This document shows, piece after piece, positions 1 to 11,449 of a stretch of 64,000 bases of DNA. Origin of the DNA: Mobula hypostoma (taxonomy: Eukaryota); assembly GCF_963921235.1 (NCBI RefSeq), contig NC_086097.1:207144001-207208000 (forward strand), read 5' to 3'. The stretch's first letter is position 1. Each line of letters starts with the position of its first letter. A program made the translations under genes and the position numbers. Under the pieces are notes generated by a model. The model saw only the letters and a program-made list of their open reading frames with translations. It was not told the DNA's origin and did not search any database.

Positions 1-2148
1 TTACTTCAGAGTGTACTGAAAGGGAAAGCCCAAGAAGCTTACTCAGCTTTGTCCACGGAAGATGCCCAGAGGTATGAGGTGGTGAAAGAGGCCATCCTCA
101 GGATTTATGAGTTGGTCCCGGAGGCATACCGGCAGAGGTTCCGGAATGCGAGGAAGCGGGGGGACCGCACGTATTTGGAGTTTGTCCGTGAGATGCAGAC
201 ATATTGTGAGCGTTGGTGCGCCTCGAAGGGGGTAGAGGGGGATTATGACAGACTGCTGCAGCTGATCCTGATTGAGCAGTTTAAAGGTTGTGTCCCTGAG
301 GGTATGAGACCCTACCTCGATGAGAAAGAGGCAGCCACGTTAGCCGCAACTGCTAAGTTAGCGGATGAGTATGCGTTGATGCATAAAATGAAGTTTGCCC
401 TGAGTAAAGGCTACCAGAAGGGTAGTCAGGATGGCGGGGAGAGTCCACCGGAAAAGTCAGAAAGTAAGCCGGGGACTAGTGAAAAGGATAAGGTAGACCG
501 GGAGCAGTCTGGTAGGAAGTCTCCTGGGGTCGTCTGTTATAATTGTGGGAAAGCCGGACACTTTGCGTCCAGATGCTTTGCCCCAAGGAAGGAGACGGGG
601 AAAGGAAAAGCGGAAATGTTGAATGGCTGTATCGAGCTGTTAAGCGAACCGCTAGGGAAGGACAGGTCTGAAAAAGTCCAGGAAGGGTGCGAGAGGTTTA
701 TCTCGGCCGGATTGGTGTCAGTGAAGGAGGGGTTAAAACCAGTTCCAGTGCGGATCTGGAGAGACACGGGAGCGTGTCAGTCACTAATACTGAAGAGTGT
801 ATTAGAGTTTAGCTCAGAGACTCAGACTGGGGCGGTAGAGGTCAATGGTGTTGGGGAAGGGACAGAGTCAGTCCCTTTGCACCAGATACACTTACAAAGC
901 AACCTGGTCTCTGGACTAGTCATGATCGGGGTGAGGTCCGAATTACCGATGAAAGGCGTGGGAGACTTGCTCGGTAATGACATCGCCGGGGGAATCGTGT
1001 TCCCAGTCGTGAGATTGACAGGTCAGCCTGCCAGCATTGAGGCCCCGCCCATGGACTCACAGTTTCATCACGGGCCCGCGATAGTGAATTTAGCTGAAAC
1101 GTTTCTGCCAACCTTGTATGAGACGGGGTGTAGTGAGACAAGAGGTAGTGAGGGAGCTGGGACGGACGTAGTAGTAGCCAGGAAAGAATTTGTGCAGACG
1201 CAGGAGCGAGACGAGGGGCTGATGGTTTTGGCAGAGACAGCTCTCTCTGACACAGCTTTAACAAGGGAACTAATAGGCTATTGTGTGGAGGAGAAAGTGC
1301 TAAGGAAAAAAGGGAAATCAAGTACAGTACCCGCAGATGAGGAATGGGGGGTGGTGCAAAAGAGTTATGGGGATGAGGTTTTTAACATGGCCCACGAGTT
1401 ACCCCCCGGTGGACATTTTGCGGTGCTGGAGGAAACAGTTGGTGGAATCATGAAAGAGATTTACCGGCTGCCCAGGGGGAAGAATGTTATTGATCATGAC
1501 CGACGCGAACTGAGACGGTCACCGGCTTTTGATATGCTAACAAACCTAGTCGGTGTTAGCGTGGAAATCAAAGAAGCTAGGGGCCCCCTGATAAGAGGAA
1601 AAAACCATTTTGAAAAGATTAGTATGGGATCGATCAGATGGGAGAAGGCTATTGTTTTGGCCAGGTCTACTGATAAGGTCTCTCCCTTAATCCCCGAACA
1701 AAGCGAATCTTTAGAAGAAGTAATTAAACGACTCACACCCGTGTGTTTGATTGTCCCGAGGCAATGCAAAGTACTGGGACGTTGGGTGATGTCTGTTACA
1801 ATAGGTCAACCTAGTAAACAACATACATATATAATGAGTAATTCAGTGACTAAAGGGCTGATGAACACAGAGGTGTGTATTGGCAATTTAATACGGCTGT
1901 CTGAAGCCAGCTTGATAGTGAACCTTGAAAAAAATGAATTCGGCCACACGAGGGTCACTTACCTGGGAATTGTGGTGACACAAAGGCAGCTGGCAGCGAT
2001 GCAAGCTACAGTGCAGGCTATCGCTGACCTCCCAACCCCGACAGACAAGAGGGCCCTCAGAAGGCTCTTGGAGATGGTGGGGTACTGCAGGAAGTTTTGC
2101 AATAACTCTGCGGTAAATACCCGTCCCCCTCCTACTAAGCCCTTGTGA
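1..2148 (+). CDS. Gag-protease polyprotein with truncated integrase/RT remnants (frame already open at base 1)
   Basis: SCAN/capsid-like YEVVKEAILRIYELVPEAYRQRFR; CCHC knuckle CYNCGKAGHFASRC; aspartic protease RDTGACQSL; integrase Zn-binding remnant AHELPPGGHF; RT palm/thumb remnant LIVNLEKNEFGHTRVTYLG...PTPTDKRALRRLLEMVGYCRKF. No YxDD or DDE core is visible. Confidence 0.85.
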   Translation, partial: LLQSVLKGKAQEAYSALSTEDAQRYEVVKEAILRIYELVPEAYRQRFRNARKRGDRTYLEFVREMQTYCERWCASKGVEGDYDRLLQLILIEQFKGCVPEGMRPYLDEKEAATLAATAKLADEYALMHKMKFALSKGYQKGSQDGGESPPEKSESKPGTSEKDKVDREQSGRKSPGVVCYNCGKAGHFASRCFAPRKETGKGKAEMLNGCIELLSEPLGKDRSEKVQEGCERFISAGLVSVKEGLKPVPVRIWRDTGACQSLILKSVLEFSSETQTGAVEVNGVGEGTESVPLHQIHLQSNLVSGLVMIGVRSELPMKGVGDLLGNDIAGGIVFPVVRLTGQPASIEAPPMDSQFHHGPAIVNLAETFLPTLYETGCSETRGSEGAGTDVVVARKEFVQTQERDEGLMVLAETALSDTALTRELIGYCVEEKVLRKKGKSSTVPADEEWGVVQKSYGDEVFNMAHELPPGGHFAVLEETVGGIMKEIYRLPRGKNVIDHDRRELRRSPAFDMLTNLVGVSVEIKEARGPLIRGKNHFEKISMGSIRWEKAIVLARSTDKVSPLIPEQSESLEEVIKRLTPVCLIVPRQCKVLGRWVMSVTIGQPSKQHTYIMSNSVTKGLMNTEVCIGNLIRLSEASLIVNLEKNEFGHTRVTYLGIVVTQRQLAAMQATVQAIADLPTPTDKRALRRLLEMVGYCRKFCNNSAVNTRPPPTKPL

Positions 2149-2465
2149 GAGAAAACTGAGTCAGAATGCGACGACCCTTGTTATTGTGGTCCGGGACAAA
2201 ACCAAATGAGAGGTTACATTGGTCGCAATTCATCAGTGTTTTTGGCCACTATGAAGTTTGCTGAGTTGGAGCCTGGTCTAAGGGATTATTAATAACACGT
2301 GTAAAAGGAACAGAAAATGCAATGACTGTCTGTCAAGGTGTTGACAAGTTCAAACTCGCTGTGTTAGCCAAATAGCTGATAAAGATGTATATTTGTGCGT
2401 GTATCAAATAATGTATTCATGTTTGTAATTTTTACCTCCCGGTAAAAATTCTTAAAGGGGGGAAG

Positions 2466-3295
2466 TGTGACGAATACACATAGCTAAGATGTTAGCTGTC
2501 CTGTGTGATCAGCAGTTGGTCTGCCACCTGTCTTCAAAAGAGAGATAAGGGACACAATGAAACAGCACCTGGAGATGTGTAGAGAGCTGTCTGGAGCGGC
2601 TCCCCCTTTGAACCATGAACTGTTTGAAGTGATGGACAGGCGATACCCCAGCAGGGGGATAAAAAGGGACAGGTTCGCTAAGGCAGGACACACACGCCAC
2701 CCGAGGTAACGAGACCCTGAAAGCGGTACGCCTCTCACGAGTCGGTGAGAAGTACCAGACAACGGCCAGGGTGGAAAGGTACGATCAGCGGGAACCCGGT
2801 GTGTGTCCGCCCTTGCCTGGGTGCTGGGTTCACTGCAGAGGATCGACCGCATCTGGAGGAGGGGTCACAGTCGGTGACCTCAGGTGACATCACCAAGGAC
2901 CTGCCCAAAAGCTGCTTGTGAGCCATATCGCCGGTCTGTGAGTGAAGCCGTGTCTGAATGATCAGTTGTTCCTGTTCCCTCTCTCTCTCCGCCCCCCCAC
3001 GTTGTCCATCGCCATGGCAACGATTACTGCGAACTGAACTACTAAACTGGACTGAACTTTGAGTCACTTTGAAATTTGGTCATTTACCCCTAGACAACGA
3101 TAGAGCCTGATTAATGCTTTTATCTTAATTCTGTGCACATGTGTGTTTATAATCGCTGAACTGTTGCATTTATTATCCTTTCGATTATTGTGTTGCTTGT
3201 TTCTTTAATAAAACTTTCTTAGTTCTAGTACTCCAGACTCCAACTGAGTGATCCATTTCTGCTGGTTTGGCAAGCCAGTTACAGGGTACGTAACA
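2466..3295 (+). repeat. 3' LTR (830 bp) of the Gmr1-like element
   Basis: Starts TGTGAC directly after the PPT and ends GTAACA; AATAAA at ~3207; near-identical to the reverse complement of 60967-61911. Confidence 0.92.
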
Positions 3296-4632
3296 GTACC
3301 TGGAGGCATATGACAAGATAGGCAGAACTCAGCATGGATTCCTTAAAGGAAAATTCTGCCTGACAAACCTATTACAATTTTTTGAGGAAATTACCAATAG
3401 GCTAGACAAGGCAGATGCAGTGGATGTTGTATATTTGGATTTTCAGAAGGCCTTTGACAAGGTGCCACACATGAGGATACTTAACAAGATAAGAGCCCAT
3501 GGAATTACAGGAAAGTTACATACGTGGATAGAGCGTTGGCTGATTGGCAGGAAACAGAGAGTGGGAGTAAAGGGATCCTATTCTGGTTGGCTCCCGGTTA
3601 CCAGTGGTGTTCCACAGGGATCAGTGTTGGGGCCACTTCTTTTTACATTGTACATCAACGATTTGGATTATGGAATAGATGGCTTTGTAGCTAAGTTTGC
3701 TGACGATACGAAGATAGGTGGAGGGGCCGATAGTGCTGAGGAAATGGAGAGTCTGCAGAGAGACTTGGATAGATTGGAAGAATGGGCAGAGAAGTGGCAA
3801 ATGAAGTACAATGTTGGAAAGTGTATGGTTATGCACTTTGACAGAAAAAATAAACAGGCAGACTATTATTTAAATGGGGAAAGAATTCAAAGTTCTGACA
3901 TGCAACGGGACTTGGGAGTCCTTATACAGGATTCCCTTAAAGTTAACCTCCAGGTTGAGTCGGTAGTGAAGAAGGCGAATGCAATGTTGGCATTCATTTC
4001 TAGAGGAATAGAGTATAGGAGCAGGGATGTGATGTTGAGGCTCTATAAGGTGCTGGTGAGACCTCACTTGGAGTACTGTGGGCAGTTTTGGTCTCCTTAT
4101 TTAAGAAAGGATGTGCTGACGTTGGAGAGGGTACAGAGAAGATTCATGAGAATGATTCCGGGAATGAGAGGGTTAACATATGAGGAACGATTGTCCGCTC
4201 TTGGACTGTATTCCTTGGAGTTTAGAAGAATGAGGGGGGACCTCATAGAAACATTTCGAATGTTAAAAGGCATGGACAGAGTGGATGTGGCAAAGTTGTT
4301 TCCCATGATGGGGGAGTCTAGTACGAGAAGGCATGACTTCAGGATTGAAGGGTGCCCTTTCAGAACAGAAATGCGAAGAAATTTTTTTAGTCAGAGGGTG
4401 GTGAATCTATGGAATTTGTTGCCACGGGCAGCAGTGGAGGCCAAGTCATTGGGTGTATTTAAGGCAGAGATTGATAGGTATCTGAGTAGCCAGGCCATCA
4501 AAGGTTATGGTGAGAAGGCGGGGCAGTGGGACTAAATAGGATAAAATGGATCAGCTCATGACAAAATGGCGCAGCAGATTCGATGGGCCAAATGGCCTAC
4601 TTCTGCTCCTTTGTCTTATGGTCTTATGGTCT
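3296..4632 (+). mobile_element. CR1 LINE 3' half (RT C-terminus, ORF 3420-4535), interrupted by the Gypsy element
   Basis: YLDFQKAFD, GVPQGSVLGP, FADD motifs; (TCTTATGG)n tail; nearly identical to 9716-11052; begins mid-ORF exactly at the LTR end. Confidence 0.93.
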
Positions 4633-4784
4633 AATAATGCTATGAGGATGGATAGGCATGTCCTACCACACACACAACCATACTGACAATCCTTAATTAG
4701 TCCCTGGTTATCCACACGCTCATATATCGGGGCCCTTAGAATACTTTCCAATAACTTTCCCACCATTGATGTCAGGTTCACCAG

Positions 4785-5175
4785 CCTCGAAGCGCGGCTC
4801 TCTACAGAAGAATCCATCAACAAACACATTGACATAGCTCCAGTATATGAATCTTACTGAGAAAAAAAAATGACGTCAATAATTAATGAATCAATGAATC
4901 TTGGGATCTGGACAGTGAAGCAAACAATTCTAATGGACCGCCCTCAAAGCTAGCCAATCAGAATCTTCTACTGCTAAAGTGTTCATGGTGTTTTGAACCA
5001 GCCAACCAGATCACGACATCTAACCAATATCTATTCAGACCCCGGAGGAGTATATAAGCTGGCATTCTGAGGAGACAACACACTCAACTGCGCACTGATG
5101 ATGACTCCTCAATAGGAGCTGAAATGTCTGCATAAATTTTGCCAAGTTTACGATAAACCAAACTTCCATTACTTC
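4785..5175 (+). mobile_element. Penelope-like element 3' end / pLTR fragment (second family)
   Basis: Translates LEARLSTEESINKHIDIAPVYE, resembling a PLE GIY-YIG C-terminus; TATATAA at ~5051; hammerhead-like core at 5092-5131. Confidence 0.65.
5092..5131 (+). ncRNA. Minimal type I hammerhead ribozyme-like motif (degenerate)
   Basis: GCA-CTGATGA-TGACTCCTCAATAGGAGCT-GAAA-TG-TC-TGC: stem I GCA/TGC, stem II CTCCT/AGGAG, both core boxes present. Confidence 0.55.
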
Positions 5176-5374
5176 ATCTGTCATTAAGTATGACTTAAAT
5201 ATCTCTGTTATTCTGCACTTGCCTCCCACTGGGTCCAAAAAAACACTTCGTCAGGCTCTGGGGATTTATCTACCCTAATTTGCCTCAAGACTCCATATGC
5301 CTCCTCCTCTGTAACCTGTCCCCCATTTGCTTCTATCTGCTTGTTCCTACTATGTCGTGATGATGTGACTTGCT

Positions 5375-6636
5375 CGTGAGATTGATTAAAGTGAGGGATA
5401 GTTGTGCAGGTCATCAACTTCACTCTCTCGTCCTAGTCTATCTGGATCCAGTGGTTTGACAAAAGTCAGGATGACTGGAGGTAGGCCAGGATGCAGTGGA
5501 TGATCAGGGTGATCTCCGTACCTTGCCATGTTCTTCGCACTCGACATCGCGTGCTGGGAAACTTCTTCCTGCCCATTGAACCAGCTGGTAGTTTCCTCTG
5601 TGCAGTCTGCTGAAAAAAATCTTCCCTTGCTTTGGGAAAACAAGCCTGAAGTTACCTACAGCTATGCTCACCTGCTTTGGCTGGCCTGTTGAAGGCATTG
5701 CCCTGGATGTGGCCGTTGTTGCTTGCAATCAGCTTACTTGAAACCACAAGTGAGAGCTGAGCACCAGGTGAAGACTAAAAGTGGAGGACCTACTTTAGAA
5801 TTTACGACAGGTCTTCACATGAGAGTTGCTACCCCTCCGTAACACCCCATATAATGACAACAAGGTCATCCAAGCCTAGTACCAATTTTGGAAGAATATG
5901 TGGCACTGAGGATGAAGGGGAATTACTCTGAAGACCAAGCTGAAAGTCTACCATGCTGTCATCCTACCCACCCTTCTCTATGCATGCGAAACGTGGACAG
6001 GCACGTAGACTGAACCACTTCCACTTGTCATGCCTATGGAAGATCATGAAAATCAGTTGGCAGGACAGGATTCCAGACACAGAAGTGCTGTGTGCAGCAG
6101 ACATGCCCACTGTCCACACATTGCTGATGAAACATCAGTTCAGATGGGCAGACCATGTTGTCAGGATGTCAGATGATCGCATCCACAAAAATTTGTCCTC
6201 GGGGAGCTGTGCACAGGAAAGTGCTGTCATAGTGGTCAGCAAAAATGATTCAAGGACATACTCAAGACTTTGCTCACAGTCCTTGAGATCGATCACACAT
6301 TTTGGGAACATGCAGGCTTGAATCACTCAGCCTGGCACAGTCTTCTCAATAAAGGTGCCACCAGAGTGGAATCACTCAGCCTGGCACAGCCCTCTCAATA
6401 AAGGTGCCACCAGAGCTGAAAATAATTGCAACGCTGAAACAAAAAGGAAACAACAGCAGAAAGAATGAGCAGCAGGCACCTCAACCACAGAACCTTCACA
6501 CACTGGCCCCATGTGTGGGAGGTGCTTCCTAGCCCAAATAGAACTCATCAGTCACTTTCTGACACACAAATAGCAAACAGCCGCCCCCCCCAAGGATGTC
6601 AGTGGTCCTTAACACTAACAATGGACGCACACACAT
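5375..6636 (+). mobile_element. RTE-clade LINE, internally deleted and degenerate
   Basis: FHLSCLWKIMKISWQDRIPDTEVL...HQFRWADHVVRMSDDRI and a C-terminal RIELISH-like motif typical of RTE/BovB; 49-bp tandem duplication at 6320-6415. The 5' boundary is uncertain. Confidence 0.7.
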
Positions 6637-7429
6637 TCCTGCTGTGCACATCCCCTTCTTTTTCCTTAACCGGAGCCTCAATATCTCTTGAAAACCAAGG
6701 TTTCCTGAACATGTTATCTTTGTCTTTCACTCTGACAGGCACATGCAAACTTAGTATTCTCAATATTTCACTTTGGAATGCCTCCCACCTTTGCCAGAAA
6801 ACAGACTGTCCCAATCTGCAATTGCTAGACACTTTCTGATACAATCAAAGTTGGCCTTTTTCCAACTTAGAATCTGAACCTGTGGATCAGATCTATCTTT
6901 TTCCAAATTTATTTTGAAACTAATGGCATTATGATCACTAGGTGCAAAGAGTTCCCCTACACAAACTCCTGTCACCCATCCTGTCTCACTTACCAAATAG
7001 GAGATCAAGTAATGCGCACTCTCTTGAAAGGACTTCTATGTACTGATTGAAGAAACTTTCCTGAACAAGTTTTGTTGGGACTACTATAATAACCTCATAT
7101 TTCTTGCAAAAGTCTGCAATCTCTCTACAAATTTCTTCCTGTAAATCCCCTGAGCTGATCCGCAGTTCCACCCATAAAGCTTCACTAGATAAGCTCTCCT
7201 GTTTGTCCTGACCGAGCACTGCCATGACATTTTCCCTAATGAGGAATGACACCCCTCCTCTTTAATTCCTCCCGCTCCGTCACATCTAAAACAGTGGAAC
7301 CCTGGAGTGCTGAGCTGCCAGTCCTTCCCCTCTTGAAACCAAGTCTCACTAATGGCTACAATATCATAATTCCATGTGTTGATCAATGCCCTGAGCTCAT
7401 CTGCCTTTCTTACAATTGTTCTTGCATTG

Positions 7430-7971
7430 CTGTTGTGCAGGAGAGAAGGAGGGAGAAGAGGAATGCGGTAGTCGTAGGGGATTCCATAGTCAGGAGAATG
7501 GACAGGAGATTCTGTGAGCCTGACAGAGATACCCGCATGGTGTGTTGCCTCCCAGGTGCCAGGGTACGGGATGTCTCGGATCGGGTCCTGAATATTCTAA
7601 AGGGGGAGGGTGAGCAGCCAGTTGTCTTGGTAAGTGTTGGTATCATTGACATAGATAGGACAAAGGAGGAGGTCCTGAAGAGAGATTTCCAGGAGTTAGG
7701 AAGGAAGCTGAGAAGCAGGACCTAGAGGGTAGTAATCTCGGGATTGCTACCTGTGTCACATGCTAGCGAGGGCAAGAGTCGTCGGATCAGGCAGATGAAT
7801 GCGTGGCTGAGAGACTGGTGTAGGGGGCAGGGCTTCAGATTCTTGGATAATTGGAATCTCTTCTGGGGAAAGTATGACCTGTTCAAAAATGACAGGTTAC
7901 ACCTGAACCCGAAGGGGACCAATATCCTGGCGGGAAAGTTTAATAGAGCTGTTAGGGAGGGTTTAAACTAA
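7430..7971 (+). pseudogene. CR1 ORF1 SGNH/GDSL esterase domain with premature TAG at 7723-7725
   Basis: VVVGDSIVR, CCLPGARVRD and DRLHLNPKG motifs in one frame, split by a stop codon. Confidence 0.85.
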
Positions 7972-8003
7972 TTTGGCAGGGGGATGGGAACCGGAATGAT
8001 AGA

Positions 8004-10954
8004 GTGGAGGAAGGGGAAAACAGAAATAAATTTAAGATAGTGAGCAGTAAAGATGTCAGGAAAGACAGGCAGTTGATGGGGCAAATGTGTAGCCATTGGG
8101 ATGAGTTGCAGTGCAATAAAGTTGCAGTGAAATCAAAGCAAAAAGTATCAAATACTGGTCTTAAGGTGTTGTACTTAAATGCACGCAGCATAAGGAATAA
8201 GGTGGATGATCTTGTTGTACAGCTACAGATTGGCAGGTATGATATTGTGGCCATCACTGAGACCTGGCTAAAGGATGCATGTCTCTGGGAGCTGAACGTC
8301 CAAGGATACACGGTGTATCGGAAGGATAGGAAGGTAGGCAGAGGGGGAGGCGTGGCTTTATTGGTAAGAAATGATATTAAATCATTAGAAAGAGGTGATA
8401 TAGGATCGGAAGATGCAGAATCTTTATGGGTTGAGCTAAGGAATAGCAGGGGTAAAAAGACCCTGATGGCAGTTATTTATAGGCCTCCAACAGCTGCAGG
8501 AATGTGGACTACAAATTACAACTGGAAATAGAAAAGGCTTGTCAGAAGGGCAGTGTTATGATAATTGTGGGGGATTTTAACACGCGAGTAGATTGGAAAA
8601 ATCAGGTCGGCACTGGATCTCAAGAGAGAGAATTTGTAAAATGTCTGCGAGATGGCTTTTTAGAACAGCTTGTTGTTGAGCCCACTAGGAGATCTGCTGT
8701 ACTGGATTGGGTATTGTGTAATGAACCGGAGGTGATTGGAGAGATTGAGGTGAAGGAACGCTTAGGAGGCAGTGATCATAACATGATTGAGTTCACTGTG
8801 AAATTTGAAAAAGAGAAGCCGAAATCTGATGTGTCGGTGTTTCAGTGGAGTAAAGGAAATTACAGTGGCATGAGAGAGGAACTGGCCAAAGTTGACTGGA
8901 AAGAGACACTGGCGGGAAAGACGGCAGAGCAGCAGTGGCTGGAGTTTATGCGAGAAATGAGGAATGTGCAAGACAGGTATATTCCAAAAAAGAAGAAATT
9001 TTCGAGTGGAAAAAGGATGCAACCGTGGTTGACAAGAGAAGTCAAAGCCAAAGTTAAAGCAAAGGAGAGGGCATACAAGGAAGCAAAAATTAGTGGGAAG
9101 ACAGAGGATTGGGAAGTTTTTAAAACCTTACAAAAGGAAACCAAGAAGGTCATTAAGAGAGAAAAGATTAACTATGAAAGGAAACTAGCAAATAATATCA
9201 GAGAGGATACTAAAAGCTTTTTCAAGTATATAAAGAGTAAAAGACAGGTGAGAGTAGATATAGGACCGATAGAAAATGATACTGAAGAAATTGTAATGGG
9301 AGATGAGGAGATGGCAGAGGAACTGAACAAGTATTTTGCATCAGTCTTCACTGAGGAAGACAGCAGGATACCGGACACTCAAGGGTGGCAGGGAAGAGAA
9401 GTGTGCGCAGTCACAATTACGACAGAGAAAGTACTCAGGAAGCTGAATAGGCTAAAGGTCGATAAATCTCCTGGACCAGATGGAATGCACCCTCGTGTTC
9501 TGAAGGAAGTAGCTGTGGAGATTGCGGAGGCATTAGCAATGATCTTTCAAAAGTCGATAGATTCTGGCATGGTTCCGGAAGACTGGAAGATTGCAAATGT
9601 CACTCCGCTATTTAAGAAGGGGGCAAAGAAGCAAAAAGGAAATTATAGACCTGTTAGCTTGACGTCGGTGGTTGGGATGTTGTTGGAGTCGATTGTCAAG
9701 GATGAGGTTACAGAGTACCTGGAGGCATATGACAAGATAGGCAGAACTCAGCATGGATTCCTTAAAGGAAAATCCTGCCTGACAAACCTATTACAATTTT
9801 TTGAGGAAATTACCAGTAGGCTAGACAAGGGAGATGCAGTGGATGTTGTATATTTGGATTTTCAGAAGGCCTTTGACAAGGTGCCACACATGAGGCTACT
9901 TAACAAGATAAGAGCCCTTGGAATTACGGGAAAGTTACATACGTGGATAGAGTGTTGGCTGATTGGCAGGAAACAGAGAGTGGGAATAAAGGGATCCTAT
10001 TCTGGTTGGCTGCCGGTTACCAGTGGTGTTCCACAGGGATCAGTGTTGGGGCCACTTCTTTTTACATTGTACATCAACGATCTGGATTATGGAATAGATG
10101 GCTTTGTGGCTAAGTTTGCTGACGATACGAAGATAGGTGGAGGGGCCGGTAGTGCTGAGGAAATGGAGAATCTGCAGAGAGACTTGGATAGATTGGAAGA
10201 ATGGGCAGAGAAGTGGCAAATGAAGTACAATGTTGGAAGGTGTATGGTTATGCACTTTGGCAGAAAAAATAAACAGGCAGACTATTATTTAAATGGGGAA
10301 AGAATTCAAAGTTCTGAGATGCAACAGGACTTGGGAGTCCTCGTACAGGATTCCCTTAAAGTTAACCTCCAGGTTGAGTCAGTAGTGAAGAAGGCGAATG
10401 CAATGTTGGCATTCATTTCGAGAGGAATAGAGTATAGGAGCAGGGATGTGATGTTGAGGCTCTATAAGGCGCTGGTGAGACCTCACTTGGAGTACTGTGG
10501 GCAGTTTTGGTCTCCTTATTTAAGAGAGGATGTGCTGACGTTGGAGAGGGTACAGAGAAGATTCACGAGAATGATTCCGAGAATGAGAGGGTTAACATAT
10601 GAGAAACGTTTGTCCACTCTTGGACTGTATTCCTTGGAGTTTAGAAGAATGAGGGGGGACCTCATAGAAACATTTCGAATGTTGAAAGTCATGGACAGAG
10701 TGGATGTAGCAAAGTTGTTTCCCATGATGGGGGAGTCTAGTACGAGAGGGCATGACTTCAGGATTGAAGGGCGCCCTTTCAGAACAGAAATGCGAAGAAA
10801 TTATTTTAGTCAGAAGGTGGTGAATCTATGGAATTTGTTGCCACGGGCAGCAGTGGAGGCCAAGTCATTGGGCGTATTTAAGGCAGAGATTGATAGGTAT
10901 CTGAGTAGCCAGGGCATCAAAGGTTATGGTGAGAAGGCGGGGCAGTGGGACTAA
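8004..10954 (+). pseudogene. CR1 ORF2 (APE endonuclease + reverse transcriptase) with a single frameshift at ~8490
   Basis: YLNARSIRNK, AITETW, GDFN, SDHN, YRPVSLTS, QGSVLGP, FADD. CCTCCAACAGC here versus CCTCCAAACAGC in the paralog at ~27990 indicates a 1-nt deletion. Confidence 0.92.
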
Positions 10955-11449
10955 ATAGGATAAAATGGATCAGCTCATGATAAAATGGCGGAGCAAACTC
11001 GATGGGCCAAATGGCCTACTTCTGCTCCTTTGTCTTATGGTCTTATGGTCTTGTGGAAATATACACAGCTCAGAAACCTCTCCACATTCACTCTGAAGAG
11101 GTTTTTCAATATTCAATATTTAACAGGAGTGTGTGTACACAGAGCAATTTGTATTATCTGGGACTCCACCCATCCAGCCAGCATTTATTATCACTCTTGT
11201 ATATGCCAAAGATCTGGTAGCTACATTAAAATAATGTTGAATGCACAATGACCTCATTGGCTTGAGAATTGAGACATTTCCTCTGGCACTTGGTTGAGGA
11301 ATAGAATATTACATTCAGTTCCCTCATTCAAATATTTGATATAATTCTGAATAGCTGGCACCCTATGTTACCCTTCTGGTTGCAGCCTGCCAACTTGAGA
11401 ATATTCCATTTATTCATACTTTCTGTATCCTAGCTGCCAAGCAATCTTT

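Larger units (their letters stand above)
1..3295 (+). mobile_element. Gmr1-like Ty3/Gypsy LTR retrotransposon, 3' part (5' end outside window), internally deleted
   Basis: Polyprotein ORF, then an RNase H C-terminal remnant (HVKGTEN..DCLSR-like, ~2296-2340), a polypurine tract AAAGGGGGGAAG (2454-2465) and a TG...CA LTR. Domain order is PR-IN-RT-RH. Confidence 0.9.
4635..7429 (-). mobile_element. Old degenerate CR1 (minus strand) broken by Penelope and RTE insertions; pieces ~4635-4785, ~5180-5370, ~6640-7429, resuming after 11052
   Basis: Minus-strand translations NYDIVAISETW, SDHNAISF, VDKSPEPDEV and LTSMVGKLLESIL are CR1 endonuclease/RT motifs with frameshifts. Confidence 0.75.
7430..11052 (+). 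mobile_element. Young CR1 LINE, 5'-truncated within ORF1
   Basis: SGNH esterase ORF1 plus EN-RT ORF2 plus (TCTTATGG)n tail; inserted into the older antisense CR1. Confidence 0.95.

Noticed and set aside
49..2148. Host SCAN/zinc-finger gene
   Set aside because: Protease, IN/RT remnants, PPT and an adjoining LTR show it is a retrotransposon ORF; there is no C2H2 array.
5375..5860. HDV-like ribozyme at the RTE 5' end
   Set aside because: I could not identify the nested double-pseudoknot pairing by eye; a descriptor search is needed.
8762..10725. Short antisense ORFs recurring in the CR1 copies
   Set aside because: They are by-products of the sense ORF2 codon structure and recur only because the copies are homologous.
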